Assembly (NCBI GenBank): GCA_030141605.1
Contig: JAQGDQ010001037.1
Span: 1-64,000, forward strand
DNA: 64,000 bases
Direction of reading: 5' to 3'
DNA from: Tubiluchus corallicola
Lineage: Eukaryota > Animalia > Priapulida
Part shown: piece by piece, positions 12,696-25,007 of the stretch
Position numbering within the stretch: the stretch's first letter is position 1
Layout: every line of letters begins with the position of its first letter
Notes under the pieces: model-generated
Told to the model about the DNA's origin: nothing
Database searches by the model: none
Seen by the model: only the letters and a program-made list of their open reading frames with translations
Program-made: the position numbers and the translations under genes

Positions 12696-13286
12696 CCTCT
12701 CTCTCTCCTCTCTGTCTCTCTCCCCCTCTCTCTCTCTTTCATCCTTTCTCTGTCACTTCCCCTCCTCTCTCTCTCTCTCTCTCTCTCTCCTGCCCATCAC
12801 AAACAGAGATAGCCTGTACAAACAGACGTCATCTGCTCCAGTATTATAAGTGCATTGCATTTTTGGTGGCTTCATAGTACTCATTCTAGTAAAACACAAT
12901 GTAAAACGACAGCATTGCTACGGAAGTATGGACTGTAGGCTATAGTGCTGCCACACAACCAAATAAGGAATAACTTGTCTAACGTAGTTAAAGTGAACAA
13001 ATTCCTGACTCTCTCTCTCTCTCTCTCTTTCCCCTCCTCTCTCTCTCTCTCTCTCTCTCTCTCCTGCCCATCACAAACAGAGATAGCCTGTACAAACAGA
13101 CGTCATCTGCTCCAGTATTATAAGTGCATTGCATTTTTGGTGGCTTCATAGTACTCATTCTAGTAAAACACAATGTAAAACGACAGCATTGCTACGGAAG
13201 TATGGACTGTAGGCTATAGTGCTGCCACACAACCAAATAAGGAATAACTTGTCTAACGTAGTTAAAGTGAACAAATTCCTGACTCT
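12445..13286. repeat. About 350-bp CT-rich tract followed by a direct tandem duplication (about 12789-13010 and 13063-13286)
   Basis: (CT)n tracts. The segment CCTGCCCATCAC...AAATTCCTGACTCT occurs twice, separated by a CT run. Confidence 0.9.
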
Positions 13287-13580
13287 AATACCCTGGTTCA
13301 AACTTGGAAACCTAATCCAGTTTTCATCCAGAATGCCTATTCACATGGATAGAACTGATTTTTAAATTCATAACTTCAGAAATAGCTTTGCTTTTTTCTG
13401 TCTCAAGACAATTAGTTCTCTGGGAGGCTAGGTCTATAGTGCATAGCAAATGTTTACAATGCTTAAAAGTGAAACTTCATTTGTGAACATTTATTGTCTT
13501 GCTTTGGAACTAATAAATATGTTATGAAAAACTCTCATGCACAACTGATCATTGGTCTTCTACACAGACTTACTCAGTTT

Positions 13581-13935
13581 ACAGTCAACCTCGGATATAA
13601 GGGACACCGCCGGACCGGAAAAAATCGTCCCTTATAACTGAAGTTGAGTTAAGCCGTGGGTGTATCTAGACCTGTACTTTTACCCATATTTTTATGGATT
13701 ATTGCTAGACATTCAGTGCAAATGGCATGTAGGAAGCTCCTTCAGTGATACGAGATGTATGTGACCTCGGCAACCGAGCTGTTCGAAGGCCGAGTTTGCG
13801 AAAAACTGACGTTAAAACTTCATCAATTTCGCTTTGATCATAGGGTCCCTTATATGCGAGGTAATTCAACTAGGTTTCTATTACGCGGGACCTGAAGATA
13901 TCGTCCCTTATAACTGAAAGTCCCTAATATCCGAG

Positions 13936-13988
<53 letters not shown>

Positions 13989-14050
13989 GATTTTTACATA
14001 GGAAAAACGTTACGAAAAATCTGGATCCGTGTTGGTGGTCCCTTATAAGA
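13581..14050. mobile_element. Family P1 pogo-like MITE, reverse orientation
   Basis: TA-CAGTCAACCTCGGATATAAGGGAC end, homologous to 2780-3255. Contains a (TA)n expansion. Confidence 0.8.
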
Positions 14051-14079
14051 GAGCACCTTCTACACATGACGTGTTTATC

Positions 14080-14610
14080 CAGGGCTGTGGTGGCTCGAAT
14101 TTAAAATTACTGGAGGTGCTCCTTCAGAAAATTTTTAGCCAATGTTTTAATACTGTGTAAAACGAAACAAGCATGTGTAATTTTAATGTTGGAATTTGTA
14201 ATTGTAATTTTAAACAAACAAACTTATGAAAGTTTATACATAGACTTGATAAATCCTAAACAAAAAAGTTTTTGTTTACTAATAGCCTAAATTGTCACAG
14301 TTCAAGCTTGATCCAATCAAAATAAGTACATGACAACTGACAAGAAACTGTGTGAGAGACAGTACTTTCTCTACCTCGGCTCAGACATGTGCACATGTTC
14401 GCATGTGCACAACAGTCAAACACTGCATTGCTGGAGTGCACTGTGCTGGGCTGTGAAGCAAACAGTACAACCCTCACGTGCTCTGGCTCCATACAAGTAT
14501 AAAGAAAGAACTAAAGAAAAAGACTTATTATACTGAATATTATCGATAGTATCGAATGAAAATAGGGGCTGCTGCAGTTCCCAGTAGCTACACACGAGTT
14601 GCCACTGTTC
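14080..14610. mobile_element. Dispersed repeat (probable hAT-type MITE), with a partial copy at about 25525-25840
   Basis: Shared TCAGAAAATTTTTAGCC...GTAATTGTAATT...AAACAAACAAAC and CTGTGTGAG.GACAGTAC blocks. CAGTGGC-like ends. Confidence 0.6.
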
Positions 14611-15729
14611 CATGGCTGAATTTCAAGCATTTTGTTGCAAACGTAAAATGAACGCCATGCCTAATAGCCGTGATTCATCAAAGACAATGTTTCAGCATTT
14701 AGTAATTCAAATAAAAACCATTAAGAAGTCCTATGATCAAAAAGTTTTTATTGATACACCTTTGTTCGAATGTGGTCATACATAAAAACCGTGGAATAAT
14801 AGTACGCACATAAGCACTCAGCACTACAGTGACACATTATAATGTTCTACCACCTAAGCCAACATCGGACCCCCGTCCAAAATGCCTTCAAAATTACAAA
14901 AATATCATAATCAAAAATACATTCACATTTATTGCAGTCTAAACGACAAAAATACATTTTTGTCGAGAGAAATATAATGGGAAATATTATGCTATTATTA
15001 TGCTATATCAAAATAATGGGAAATTTAATATGCTATAACAATTCACTAAAGTCTCGAGATTATGCTAAAAGTCTGGACGGGTTTAGGTTATTTAAACTAG
15101 TTACCAAGCCGAAAATAATTAAGAATGGACAATTTGCAGAGCCGTACTGCTCTATATTCATGATTACAATAACATCAAATGGAAAACTTACAGCAAAATG
15201 CTAGATCTATAATAATAAAGTAAACAATTTATATAATATAATAGACTAGTACAGTATCAGAGCTGCAGATAAACTAACTATATGTTATCAGGTACATCTT
15301 ACATTTGTCAAAACAAAACAGAATTTTTCCTTTATTTGTAGACGGAATTACAGCTAGAATTTTCAAATGATTTTTGGCCGAAACTGTTCTACGCTTCACC
15401 TGTGGTGTAATTTATAAACCTTTTAATCCCAGTTACGACAAAATAGTTAGGATTAAATTATAGTTATTAAATTATTATAAAATACTAAACTTTACGGTGC
15501 TGCCCAACTCCATAACCATGAATACAATATCTTATCCGAAACTTGGGGCAAATCCTAGATCTATATAACAACTTACAAAAATTATATAATATAATAGACT
15601 AGTAACGTATAAGAGCTGTGTAAAAAATATATATCATAACATCTTACGCTTGCCACAAATTATGAAATTAGAAATTGGTTTTTCATTTATTTTCAGACAG
15701 TGTTCGGTGTGACTTACTTCTAACACGTC

Positions 15730-16256
15730 TTACAGTATTTTCGTTACTAGTTACGATTCATGTTCATACGGCACATGATACATCACATTACAGTATTTTC
15801 GTTACTAGTTATGATTCATGTTCATACAGAACATGATACATCACGTTACAGTATTTTCGTTACTAGTTACAATTCAGGTTCACACGGTACATGATACATC
15901 ACGTTACAGTATTTTCGTTACTAGTTACAATTCATGTTCATACGGCACATGATACATCTTGTTACAGTATTTTTGCTACTAGTTATGATTCATGTTCACA
16001 TGGCACATTGATACATCACGTTACAGTATTTTCGTTACTAGTTACGATTCATGTTCATACGGCACATGATACATCACGTTACTGTATTTTTGTTACTAGT
16101 TATGATTCATGTTCATACAGCATATTGATACATCACGTTACAGTATTTTTGTTACTAGTTATGATTCATGTTCACACAACACATTGATACATCACGTTAC
16201 AGTATTTTCGTTACTAGTTACGATTCATGTTCACACAACACATTGATACATCACGC
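15730..16256. repeat. 58-bp minisatellite, about 9 copies, in the 3' UTR region of FAXC module b
   Basis: Unit TTACAGTATTTTCGTTACTAGTTACGATTCATGTTCATACGGCACATGATACATCACG. Confidence 0.95.
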
Positions 16257-16392
16257 CACACGACTAATATCATAATAATCTAATCATCTACTCACAGTGT
16301 CACTAGTTTACCAGTAACGGTTAGTGAAACTCTGAATTTCGAACGCTTTTCTAACAGGAGGCAGTGTCACCAAAAATCGAGGTCCACTATCT

Positions 16393-16493
16393 TTATTCCT
16401 CCTTTTTCTGGGCTCCGGCCAGCTCATTGTCCCAGTCGGGCCAGTAAATCTCTTTCATACGATAGCAGTAATCTTTCAGGTTAGAGAAATCGT
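16393..16493 (-). CDS. FAXC: FAXC terminal exon 6b (DDFSNLKDYCYRMKEIYWPDWDNELAGAQKKEE*)
   Basis: tttgcag acceptor, phase 1. Same length (101 nt to stop) as 6c, with 27 of 33 aa identical. Confidence 0.9.
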
Positions 16494-17423
16494 CTGCAAA
16501 CAAAATGAATCGCATGTTACACGTGCGTATCTTTAGGGGTGTATTTACCAAGCAGTTAAGTAAGCCATAAACTAGGGGACAAAATTTTGAGGGGCGTCAG
16601 ATTTTTAGGGTCCAGTGTTAAAAAACTCAGGCAGTTCTCCAAATATGAATCTTTTCCTGTTTCATATGAGGCAGTTTTGCCACACGGTTAGTTTCAAGGA
16701 GTTTTGATAGAGCGTGTATAGACCGTAGGATCTTTTTTTATTTTACTTGGATGTTGCCAAAAATTTCAAATACAAGTAGTTATAACACACCACAAGTAGT
16801 TACTTAATCATTATTATATATAAAAGCAGAATACCAGTAATTGTAATACATCACAAGCAGGTACTTAGACATTATTATATATAAAAGTAGAAAACCAGTA
16901 GTTATAACACACCACAAGCAGTTATTCAGTCACTTATATATATATAAATATATATATATATATACATGTAAGTGTAAGGCCGCAAACAGGTACTGATTTT
17001 GTTTTTACATAAAAGCCAAACAACATACGAGATCAAATTAAATTTTGCAGAATTAATACATAAAAGACATTAAGTCATAAATAATTTTGCAGCCTCTCTA
17101 GATAAAAGCATATGTAAATGCATGTCATTAGCAATAGCCTCATGTGTACAAAAGTAGTAATACTACTAACACACCACAAGCAATTTTTCCAAAAGGTATA
17201 ATATATAAACGACCATAATTTGAAAAGGCTGCACTGAACTATCAGCAAAGGGAGTTGTGATATCTTAATACTCCTCTACATATTTTATTAACAAAATGTA
17301 GTCCGTATTTTTTAAGTAAATGAACTTTCAATACGATCACGACAAAATAGTCCTCTTTACAGGTTACACCTTTCGAAAGCAAGTAAGCAAAAACCAACAC
17401 AAATTGGCCACTCAGTTGAAAGC

Positions 17424-18374
17424 TAGAACTCCATGTTCATGTAATGCACGAACCGTGATCGCAATGCGTGATGCCTACTGACCGTTTCCATGCGTCCGTG
17501 AACGCTTTGCATACTCACAAAACTCACGGGCCATTTCCGCCGTTTTTGGTTGCTGTTTGTGAAAATTGGAAGTGATAATATTTGGAAGCCGTGAAACTAG
17601 TGATGATGTCTTATTACTAGTGTAACTGTCTAAATTTCAGCGCACAAGTGCACAAGAACTAATCACATCAGTGGCATTAGCTTATCATTGTACTATTGCT
17701 ATTAAATTCAACAAAATGCAAGTTATGCGGGCATAACATTTTGCACGAGAAAGAGCAACACACCTAGGGTTGCCAGATTAAAAATACAGGACACTCTTAA
17801 AATCTCTCTATATATTACTCTATATACAAATTTATACATTTGGTAGTAAAATTGCAGTAGTAAAAATTTATGTAAAAATAGCAGTACAAATTTATTTTTA
17901 TTATTAAATTTGAAAACGAACTAAGTACGGGATATTTTGGGTGTCCCTAAAAGGTCAGTACGGGACAGAGGACAAAATTATCATATAAGGGGCGTCTGGC
18001 AACCCTAAATACACCATTTAGTGAAGGAATTAAAACTGAAAGTAAATACAGAACAGCACACTTCTTCCAACTCTCAAAAAACTCAAGTGAAAGAAATATT
18101 ACTGTGTATAGATCATGAAGCGACCAAAATTTACCCGCCCGGAAAGCCAATCAGCGAAAATGGTCACGGTAGACTCGAACTAGCTAAATCACCTAGGCAA
18201 CGGTGGTTTCCGGTGGGCAAGTTCACGCGACAGCAATCACGCTCGATTGAATATGGATCATGCATTATGGATTGCACATTATGCGCACGTGGAAACCCTT
18301 CGAGCATTTAAATACGAACTGCTGTACACGCACTGCATACAATGGATCACACATTACTCGTACATGGAGTTCTA
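17424..18374. mobile_element. TAG..CTA-terminated TIR element hosting a nested MITE
   Basis: About 23-bp TIRs TAGAACTCCATGTTCATGTAATG and CATTACTCGTACATGGAGTTCTA. Confidence 0.65.
17765..18007. mobile_element. hAT MITE (TAGGGTTGCCAGA TIR), nested
   Basis: TIRs TAGGGTTGCCAGA/TCTGGCAACCCTA. 8-bp TSD AACACACC/AATACACC. Confidence 0.85.
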
Positions 18375-18689
18375 CGTTAAGGCTACAACAAAAAACTCGA
18401 ATATGTATAGTCGTTTAAAAAACTGAGGTTGCATAATTAATTTTTTCTAACGACAGCCAGTATCTGTTGACGTTCTAGAATCAGGAGAGGCCATAGTTTA
18501 CAGGAAAACAATTTTCTGATACAGAATTCCACAGAAAAGAGGCCCGAAGGAAAAACAGGCTTTACAAGTAGCCGTTCTCCATCTAAGAATGTCAGAACTT
18601 TGATACTTGTCAACGAGTAAGTGTGCGGAATATTTTTACAAGAACCTGCACATCTGCATCTGTGATTAGTAAACAAGAGAGCATCTTAC

Positions 18690-18806
18690 CCTGCATGAAC
18701 GATTCGTGAGGTGAATTAGGCATGCTCCACATACACTGCGCTAACATTCCAAATATGGCACAGTCAACTTCACATGGCGTTTCACCCATAAAATACTGCT
18801 TTGATC
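18690..18806 (-). CDS. FAXC: FAXC exon 5b (GSKQYFMGETPCEVDCAIFGMLAQCMWSMPNSPHESFMQ)
   Basis: cctag acceptor and G|gtaag donor, 117 nt, phase 1-1. 29 of 39 aa identical to 5c. Confidence 0.9.
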
Positions 18807-18911
18807 CTAGGTAAAAAAATGTAAATAAATTATTAGTTTAGTATAGTTATTAGACCAAAAATAAACTGATTGAAATTCTGCCTGAAAGTTATTACTGCAA
18901 ACATCAATAGA

Positions 18912-20048
18912 TGTCTATAAACAGGGAAACAGGTTCCTATGGGCTAAGTACGCAGGTCTATACACAGTCAAAGAGGTACCTATAGGCTAAGTATGCAGGT
19001 CTATAAACAGGGAAACAGGTACCTATGGGCTAAGTACGCAGGTCTATACACAGGCAAACAGGTACCTATGGGCCCAGTATGCATGTCTATGCGCAGGCAA
19101 ACAGGTACCTATGGGCTAAGTACGCAGGTCTATAAACAGGGAAACAGGTTCCTATGGGCTAAGTACGCAGGCCTATACACAGGTACCTATTGGCAAAGTA
19201 CACAGGTCTATACACAGTCAAAGAGGTACCTATAGGCTAAGTATGCAGGTCTATAAACAGGGAAACAGGTACCTATGGGCTAAGTACGCAGGTCTATACA
19301 CAGGCAAACAGGTACCTATGGGCCAAGTATGCATGTCTATGCGCAGGCAAACAGGTACCTATGGGCTAAGTACGCAGGTCTATAAACAGGGAAACAGGTT
19401 CCTATGGGCTAAGTACGCAGGTCTATACACAGGTACCTATTGGCAAAGTACGCAGGTCTATACACAGGCAAACAGGTACCTATGGGCTAAGTACGCAGGT
19501 CTATACACAGTCAAAGAGGTACCTATAGGCTAAGTATGCAGGTCTATACACAGGCAAACAGGTACCTATGGGCTAAGTATGCAGGTCTATACACAGACAA
19601 ACAAGTACCTATAGGCTAAGTACGCAGGTCTATACACAGGCAAACAGGTACCTATGGGCTAAGTACGCAGGTCTATACACAGGTACCTATTGGCAAAGTA
19701 CGCAGGTCTATACACAGACAAACAGGTACCTATGGGCTAAGTACGCAGGTCTATACACAGGCAAACAGGTACCTATGGGCTAAGTATGCAGGTCTATACA
19801 CGGACAAACAGGTACCTATGGGCTAAGTATGCAGGTCTATACACAGGCAAACAGGTACCTATGGGCTAAGTATGCAGGTCTATACACAGGCAAACAGGTA
19901 CCTATAGGCTAAGTACGCAGGTCTATACACAGGCAAACAGGTACCTATGGGCTAAGTATGCAGGTCTATACACAGGCAAACAGGTACCTATGGGCTAAGT
20001 ATGCAGGTCTATACACAGGCAAACAGGTACCTATGGGCTAAGTATGCA
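18912..20048. repeat. 43-bp minisatellite (about 27 units) with a 250-bp higher-order repeat
   Basis: Unit GGTCTATACACAGGCAAACAGGTACCTATGGGCTAAGTAYGCA. The variant pattern recurs at a 250-bp offset (18993 vs 19243). Confidence 0.95.
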
Positions 20049-21329
20049 CACTATTGTGCTTCTTAGTTCATAATCTTACAATTACTCATAAAAATTACGA
20101 TAAAATAAACAACAGCAGCAACAGAGAAATAACATCTTAATTACAACAAGTCTATAAACTCGTTAAATATCGTGAACAGTTTGAATCACGTTAATGATGC
20201 CAATAATAGTTAACTATTACCTGACGCACTTTTGTCACGTTACCTTCCAGTGACAATGCAGCTATAATAAACATTTATTCTGTGCACAAGTTACTAAAGA
20301 GCATGCCCAGTCGAAGACTAAATAGCAAAGAACATGCAGATTCTACCGTTTGATCGTGCAATCAATACCATATTACACATGGGATTAATCAGGAAGAAAT
20401 TATGCTTAAGCAAACTATCATTTCCTACTGTATGCAAGCATTCTGTGACACGCACACTAACGCGCAACAGCCTAGGTAGTAACATCACTAAATAGAATGA
20501 CAGCTTGTTTTACTATCACGTAACTGAGTCATTCGTTTCAGTTTATCGGTTATTTTGCATACACAAACAAAAGGCTGCGAATAATTTAGAATTGATAACA
20601 AATATATCTTTCCTTAGTTACTAACGCAATTTTTATTATAAATTTATAATACTTGTATTTATTAAACATGTCTTGCAACAAGCTGCTAACATGTCACTTG
20701 ATTAACTAAATAATGTTAACTGAGAAAAATTGTTAACGTGAGAAAAATTGTTAACTGAGAAAAATTGTTAACGTGAGAAAAATTGTAAACTCTTGCACAT
20801 TGAGAATTCCAAAGCTATGCTACTATGTAAATAACAGTCAAGTAAATTTAAGATTTAAATATAGTTGTACTGTAGATCTAAACGAAAATGTAAAATTAAA
20901 GGTTAAGAACTCATTTAAAGATTATGTTTTAAGATATCTATTATAGCTCCTTACAACACTGTATAATGTAATATAATTACAAGGGAACTACAATGTGTGG
21001 TTATTATAAAGTTGAATATCTGTATATATGTTACCTTACTAATACCGCATTACCTGTTTTACTAACATCTTTATCTTTGTAAACTGTATATTTTATACGA
21101 AATAAACTCATAATAATAATAATAAATAAATGTTAATGTCGTACAAATAGGGGTGGCTGCTAGGTGACCTCATGATCTTATGGCACCCCGTCTCAATGTA
21201 GTGTTTATCATCTTAAAGAAACATTGTATATTATTATATGTGTAACTTTACATTAGACAAATAAAATCTAATCTAATTTAACTATGAATGACCAAATCAC
21301 GACCATAGACATACTTATTACAGTTACTA

Positions 21330-21990
21330 TGGTTACTGGTTGTTTCTGCAAGAGTCATACTGCTCTTTGTGCTTGTTGGTTTTGCTGTTGATGTTGCCGT
21401 TATTGTTTCTTTCATGTGCTATTCTTGTTGTTGCTGTCGTCGCTATGGCACTGTTGTTATTGTTGTTACGGCTGTTAACTCTGTTGTTGTCATTACTGTC
21501 ACTGCACCTGTTGTCATCGTTAACGCTGTTGTTGTCATTGTTTTTGTTTGAGCTGCTGCTGCTGTTGATGCTGTCATTGTCACCATTGTCACCTCTGCTG
21601 CTGCTGTTATCGGCAATGTTGCCGTTGTCGTTCTTATTGTTGCTCTTGCTGTTGTTGCTGATTGGTTGTTTCTGTTGATGTTATTACAGTTGCTGATACT
21701 GTTACTGTTGCTGTTATTACTGCTGATGCCTTGTTGTTACACCATCGTTGTTGTTTGTTGTTATTGTTGTTGTTATTGTTGATGTAGCTATTGTTGCTGT
21801 TCATGTTATTGTTGATGCTCCTGATGCCTCGTTGTTACCACCATCATTGTTTGTTGTTGTTGTCGTCATCGTTGTTATTGTTGTCGTCATCGTTGTTATT
21901 GTTGTTGTTATTGCTGATGCTGGTTGTTATTATTGTTGTTCTATGTTTTCTTTCTTTTCTTCACGTTCTTGCTACTATTGTTGTTTAACT
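21330..21990. repeat. Degenerate (TTG/CTG/TTA)n low-complexity tract
   Basis: Cryptic trinucleotide simple sequence. Confidence 0.85.
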
Positions 21991-22161
21991 TATCAATATA
22001 TTATGCTAAAAATTCTTAGTTTCCAGATGTTTTATTTTCGCATGTAATTAAATTTAAAAGATTTATTTAAATAAAGTATTTATTTTGGCGGTTCGGCATC
22101 AAAAGAAAATAACAACTGATACTTAAACAAACAAAACCAATTTTCTAAACTAATAGCTCAC

Positions 22162-22370
22162 CGAGATAATCAGACAATGCTTTCAAATCACCATAACAAA
22201 TTGCCATAACCTCTTTTTTGTTGTGACGTCCCATTCCCTGCGACCACAACTTACGACGAATCGTCCGAGTGACCATAAACGCGACGATCGGCCCAAATTT
22301 ATTGCCCGAAATCTCGGCAAAGTGGGAACCGTGACCTTTCTCGTAAACAAAGCGCTGCACACCTAATCCC
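22162..22370 (-). CDS. FAXC: FAXC exon 4b (WGLGVQRFVYEKG...SQGMGRHNKKEV...GDLKALSDYLG)
   Basis: atacag acceptor and G|gtgag donor, 209 nt, phase 2-1. Confidence 0.9.
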
Positions 22371-22504
22371 CTGTATAAAGAAGGTCTTTACACTGCTTAG
22401 CAATACTACAGGGTGGCACAAAACATTTTCCTGGAGGGACAGGATTGAAAACCAAAGAGTGACAGATAGTACAGAACAATTCACCACATCAACGTTCTGT
22501 TGAA

Positions 22505-22888
22505 TGGGGGTGAGCATCGAACGCTCGAATTCGATTCGAACGAGTTTCTTCAGTTCGAACTCGATTCGAATCCAAAACTATAGATTCGAATAATTCAGCA
22601 CTTCAATCACACGTGTTCTTTATCACTAAAACGATTGAAACATCATGCAATTAGCATAATTTAGCTGTGATTTCTGCACCCAATTTTAAAGAAATTACTA
22701 GTCGTTTTATTGCAGAACAAAATCTAGTGATATACATGATCTTTGTAAGACCAATTTTTACTGGTGGTTCGAAAATCTTCCAATGTCAATTCGAATTTGA
22801 AACACCGAAGTTCAGTTCGATTCGAATTCGAAAGTCACAAATTCGGTTCGATTCGAATTCGCTTTCTGGTAGAGAATGCTCACCCCTA
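22505..22888 (-). mobile_element. hAT-like MITE, family H1
   Basis: TIRs TGGGGGTGAGCAT...ATGCTCACCCCTA. Perfect 8-bp TSD CTGTTGAA. Confidence 0.9.
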
Positions 22889-23089
22889 CTGTTGAAACAA
22901 TAACGAATCTATCACGCCCTCAAATTTAGTGTGAAAGCTTTGTACAGGAAGACATGTCACGCTAAAGACCCATATCAATGGGCAAAATAGGAATTAATCC
23001 TTACATTGGAATACGCATAAATAATTTTCTAATGACTTGTAATTAATTTTTTAGTATTCATAATTATCTTGCCAATGTCAGAGACCCAA

Positions 23090-23990
23090 ATGCTGCTTCT
23101 AGTTGCTCTATGCAAAATGGGACTTTGGGAAGTATAAATTTTGTCATACTTCTGAGACATGGTCAAATTTGACAACAACTGATTGGGAGAAATTAGAAAT
23201 GATTCAAGCAAATGCTTTTAAAACATTATTAAATCTTAGTGAATGAAATACTGGGGATTAGTAACGGAAATAGGCATATGGCCTCTAAAACATAAAGTGA
23301 ATTATAGGAGATTGATGTTCTATCAGAATTTACTGATTAGTAAACCAAAGAGATTAGCATCAGAGGTACTCGAAATGCAAATATACAGTGCACATGAAAG
23401 GTCATGGTATAATGAAGTAGTTGAGGCTGAAAAATGCTAATAAAGAAAGGGTGAAGGTCAGGAAAAAGTCTGAAAGGAAGAAAGAAATAAAGAATAAGAT
23501 TGAATGTTGTATAAAGAATGAATGTGCAGAAAAATGCAGGAGCAGCACTAAATTAAGATTTTTAAGGCATACTGAGTGGAAACGACAAAATTACATAGAC
23601 ACATGCAAGCCAGAAGAGGTTAAAGATATATTGAAAATAAGACTGAATATGATTAAAGTTAAAGGGAACTACAAGAATGAGTTTAAGAATCAGTTATTAT
23701 GCCCAGTGTGTGGGGAAGATGATGATACTACTGAACATATGCTTAGATGTTACAGATATGGAGAATGGAAAAAAAATTGAACTCAGATGTATTAATGAAC
23801 AGTGAAAAGGAAGGATTGCTAGAAATTAGAAATCTAGTGAACGAATGCATGGAATACAGGATAAAGAAAAATAAAGACATTAAACTTGGAAAAGACAAAT
23901 AAAAGATCAGCGTTAAAGAAGAATAGACTTTGCACCCTATAAAGGTGCCCGCCTCGGATAGGTGGAGAGAGTCGAGTATCGCAATCGCAA
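23090..23990 (+). mobile_element. 5'-truncated, frameshifted non-LTR retrotransposon (ORF2 C-terminus and 3' UTR)
   Basis: ORF remnants KYWGLVTEIGIWP... and KIRLNMIKVKGNY...CPVCGEDDDTTEHMLRC (CCHC knuckle). Ends with a GCACC..GGTGC hairpin and an (ATCGCA)2 tail. Confidence 0.75.
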
Positions 23991-24486
23991 TACTTCACTG
24001 ATTGGGTAACAGTGATCAATCTTGATAAAAATGCACACTTTTCCTGTGGTCATTATCATTAATTGTTACAAATGATAAATATTACAATACAATTAATTCA
24101 TTATACAAAAACGTGACTGGTATACCAAATAAGTGAAAACAATCACATGGGAGGTACCTGCAGTAATAAAGCAAATCTAGCGCTGCAGGTGTGAAGGAGG
24201 GAGCAGGTGCAAAACATTGAATCTTAATTATAAATATTTAACTGACATCAGAAAACAGCTGAGTCCCGACAAATACTTAAACGAACGTTTAGTTTTAGTT
24301 CTCTGCAGCACATTTAACTATAGGATACATTATATACAGTAGCACTAATTAGCACGACTCAGTGGGTGAGCCCATGTAATGTAAATGCTTGTGGCAGGAC
24401 TGGCACCTAGTACTATCAGAGATAATCGCCTAAGGTTCTATGACGAGATAATGAATCTTAGAATTGTGATTTAATGTTAAACTTAA

Positions 24487-25007
24487 AGCAAAATCAGATC
24501 TAATCCAAAAGTGTAGGTCAAAACAATCTACTCTTTAAAATATGTGCATTGAAATGAAAAAAATGACTTACCGCTAGTTAGACGGTCACTAGTGCCTGCA
24601 CTTCAGAAATGCATTTGATAAAAAACAGGTGCTATACCTCTCAGTTCAGATGTGTTAGTTTGTGATGAACTACACACGTTCGACAGTACACGCGTGAGTT
24701 TCAAACCCGAATTTTTTATCTTAAAACTTGCCAAGTTTTAGTACAACACACTGAATATCTTACAGTAGCTCAGTGCTTCAACTTTCGCTTTTGCAAACAC
24801 GTGCAACACGCTCGTGGAATATTTTTGCTCTTGAAAATTATGTTAGTTTGTGATGTCATCAATAGTTGGGCTCGCCCGCCGTTAATTAAGTTTTTAACCT
24901 ACCATTTAATAATCAGAAACTCTTTTGCAGTGTTAATTGTCTTAAAATGTAAACTTTTTATCGTACTAGAAGATGGGTCAGTATATGAAAAATTACCCAG
25001 TCTTCCT
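24487..25007. mobile_element. TTAA-type element family K2 (other copies about 31800-32400, 44490-44945, 46526-47146)
   Basis: Shared internal sequence (e.g. TGATGTCATCAATAGTTGGGCTCGCCCGCC, GCACTAGT). TTAA at the end. Confidence 0.75.

Noticed and set aside
12351-12877. Ser/Leu-rich ORFs in three frames
   Set aside because: They are translations of the (CT)n tract.
14416-14613. Possible separate first exon for FAXC module c
   Set aside because: It overlaps a dispersed repeat, has no FAX similarity, and no exon 2/3 copies follow it.
21340-22047. Hydrophobic Leu/Val-rich ORFs resembling membrane proteins
   Set aside because: They are artefacts of the (TTG)n low-complexity sequence.
9887-22370. 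Modules b and c as uncollapsed haplotypes (assembly artefact)
   Set aside because: The exons differ by roughly 18-47% at protein level and their introns are unrelated, which is far beyond allelic divergence.
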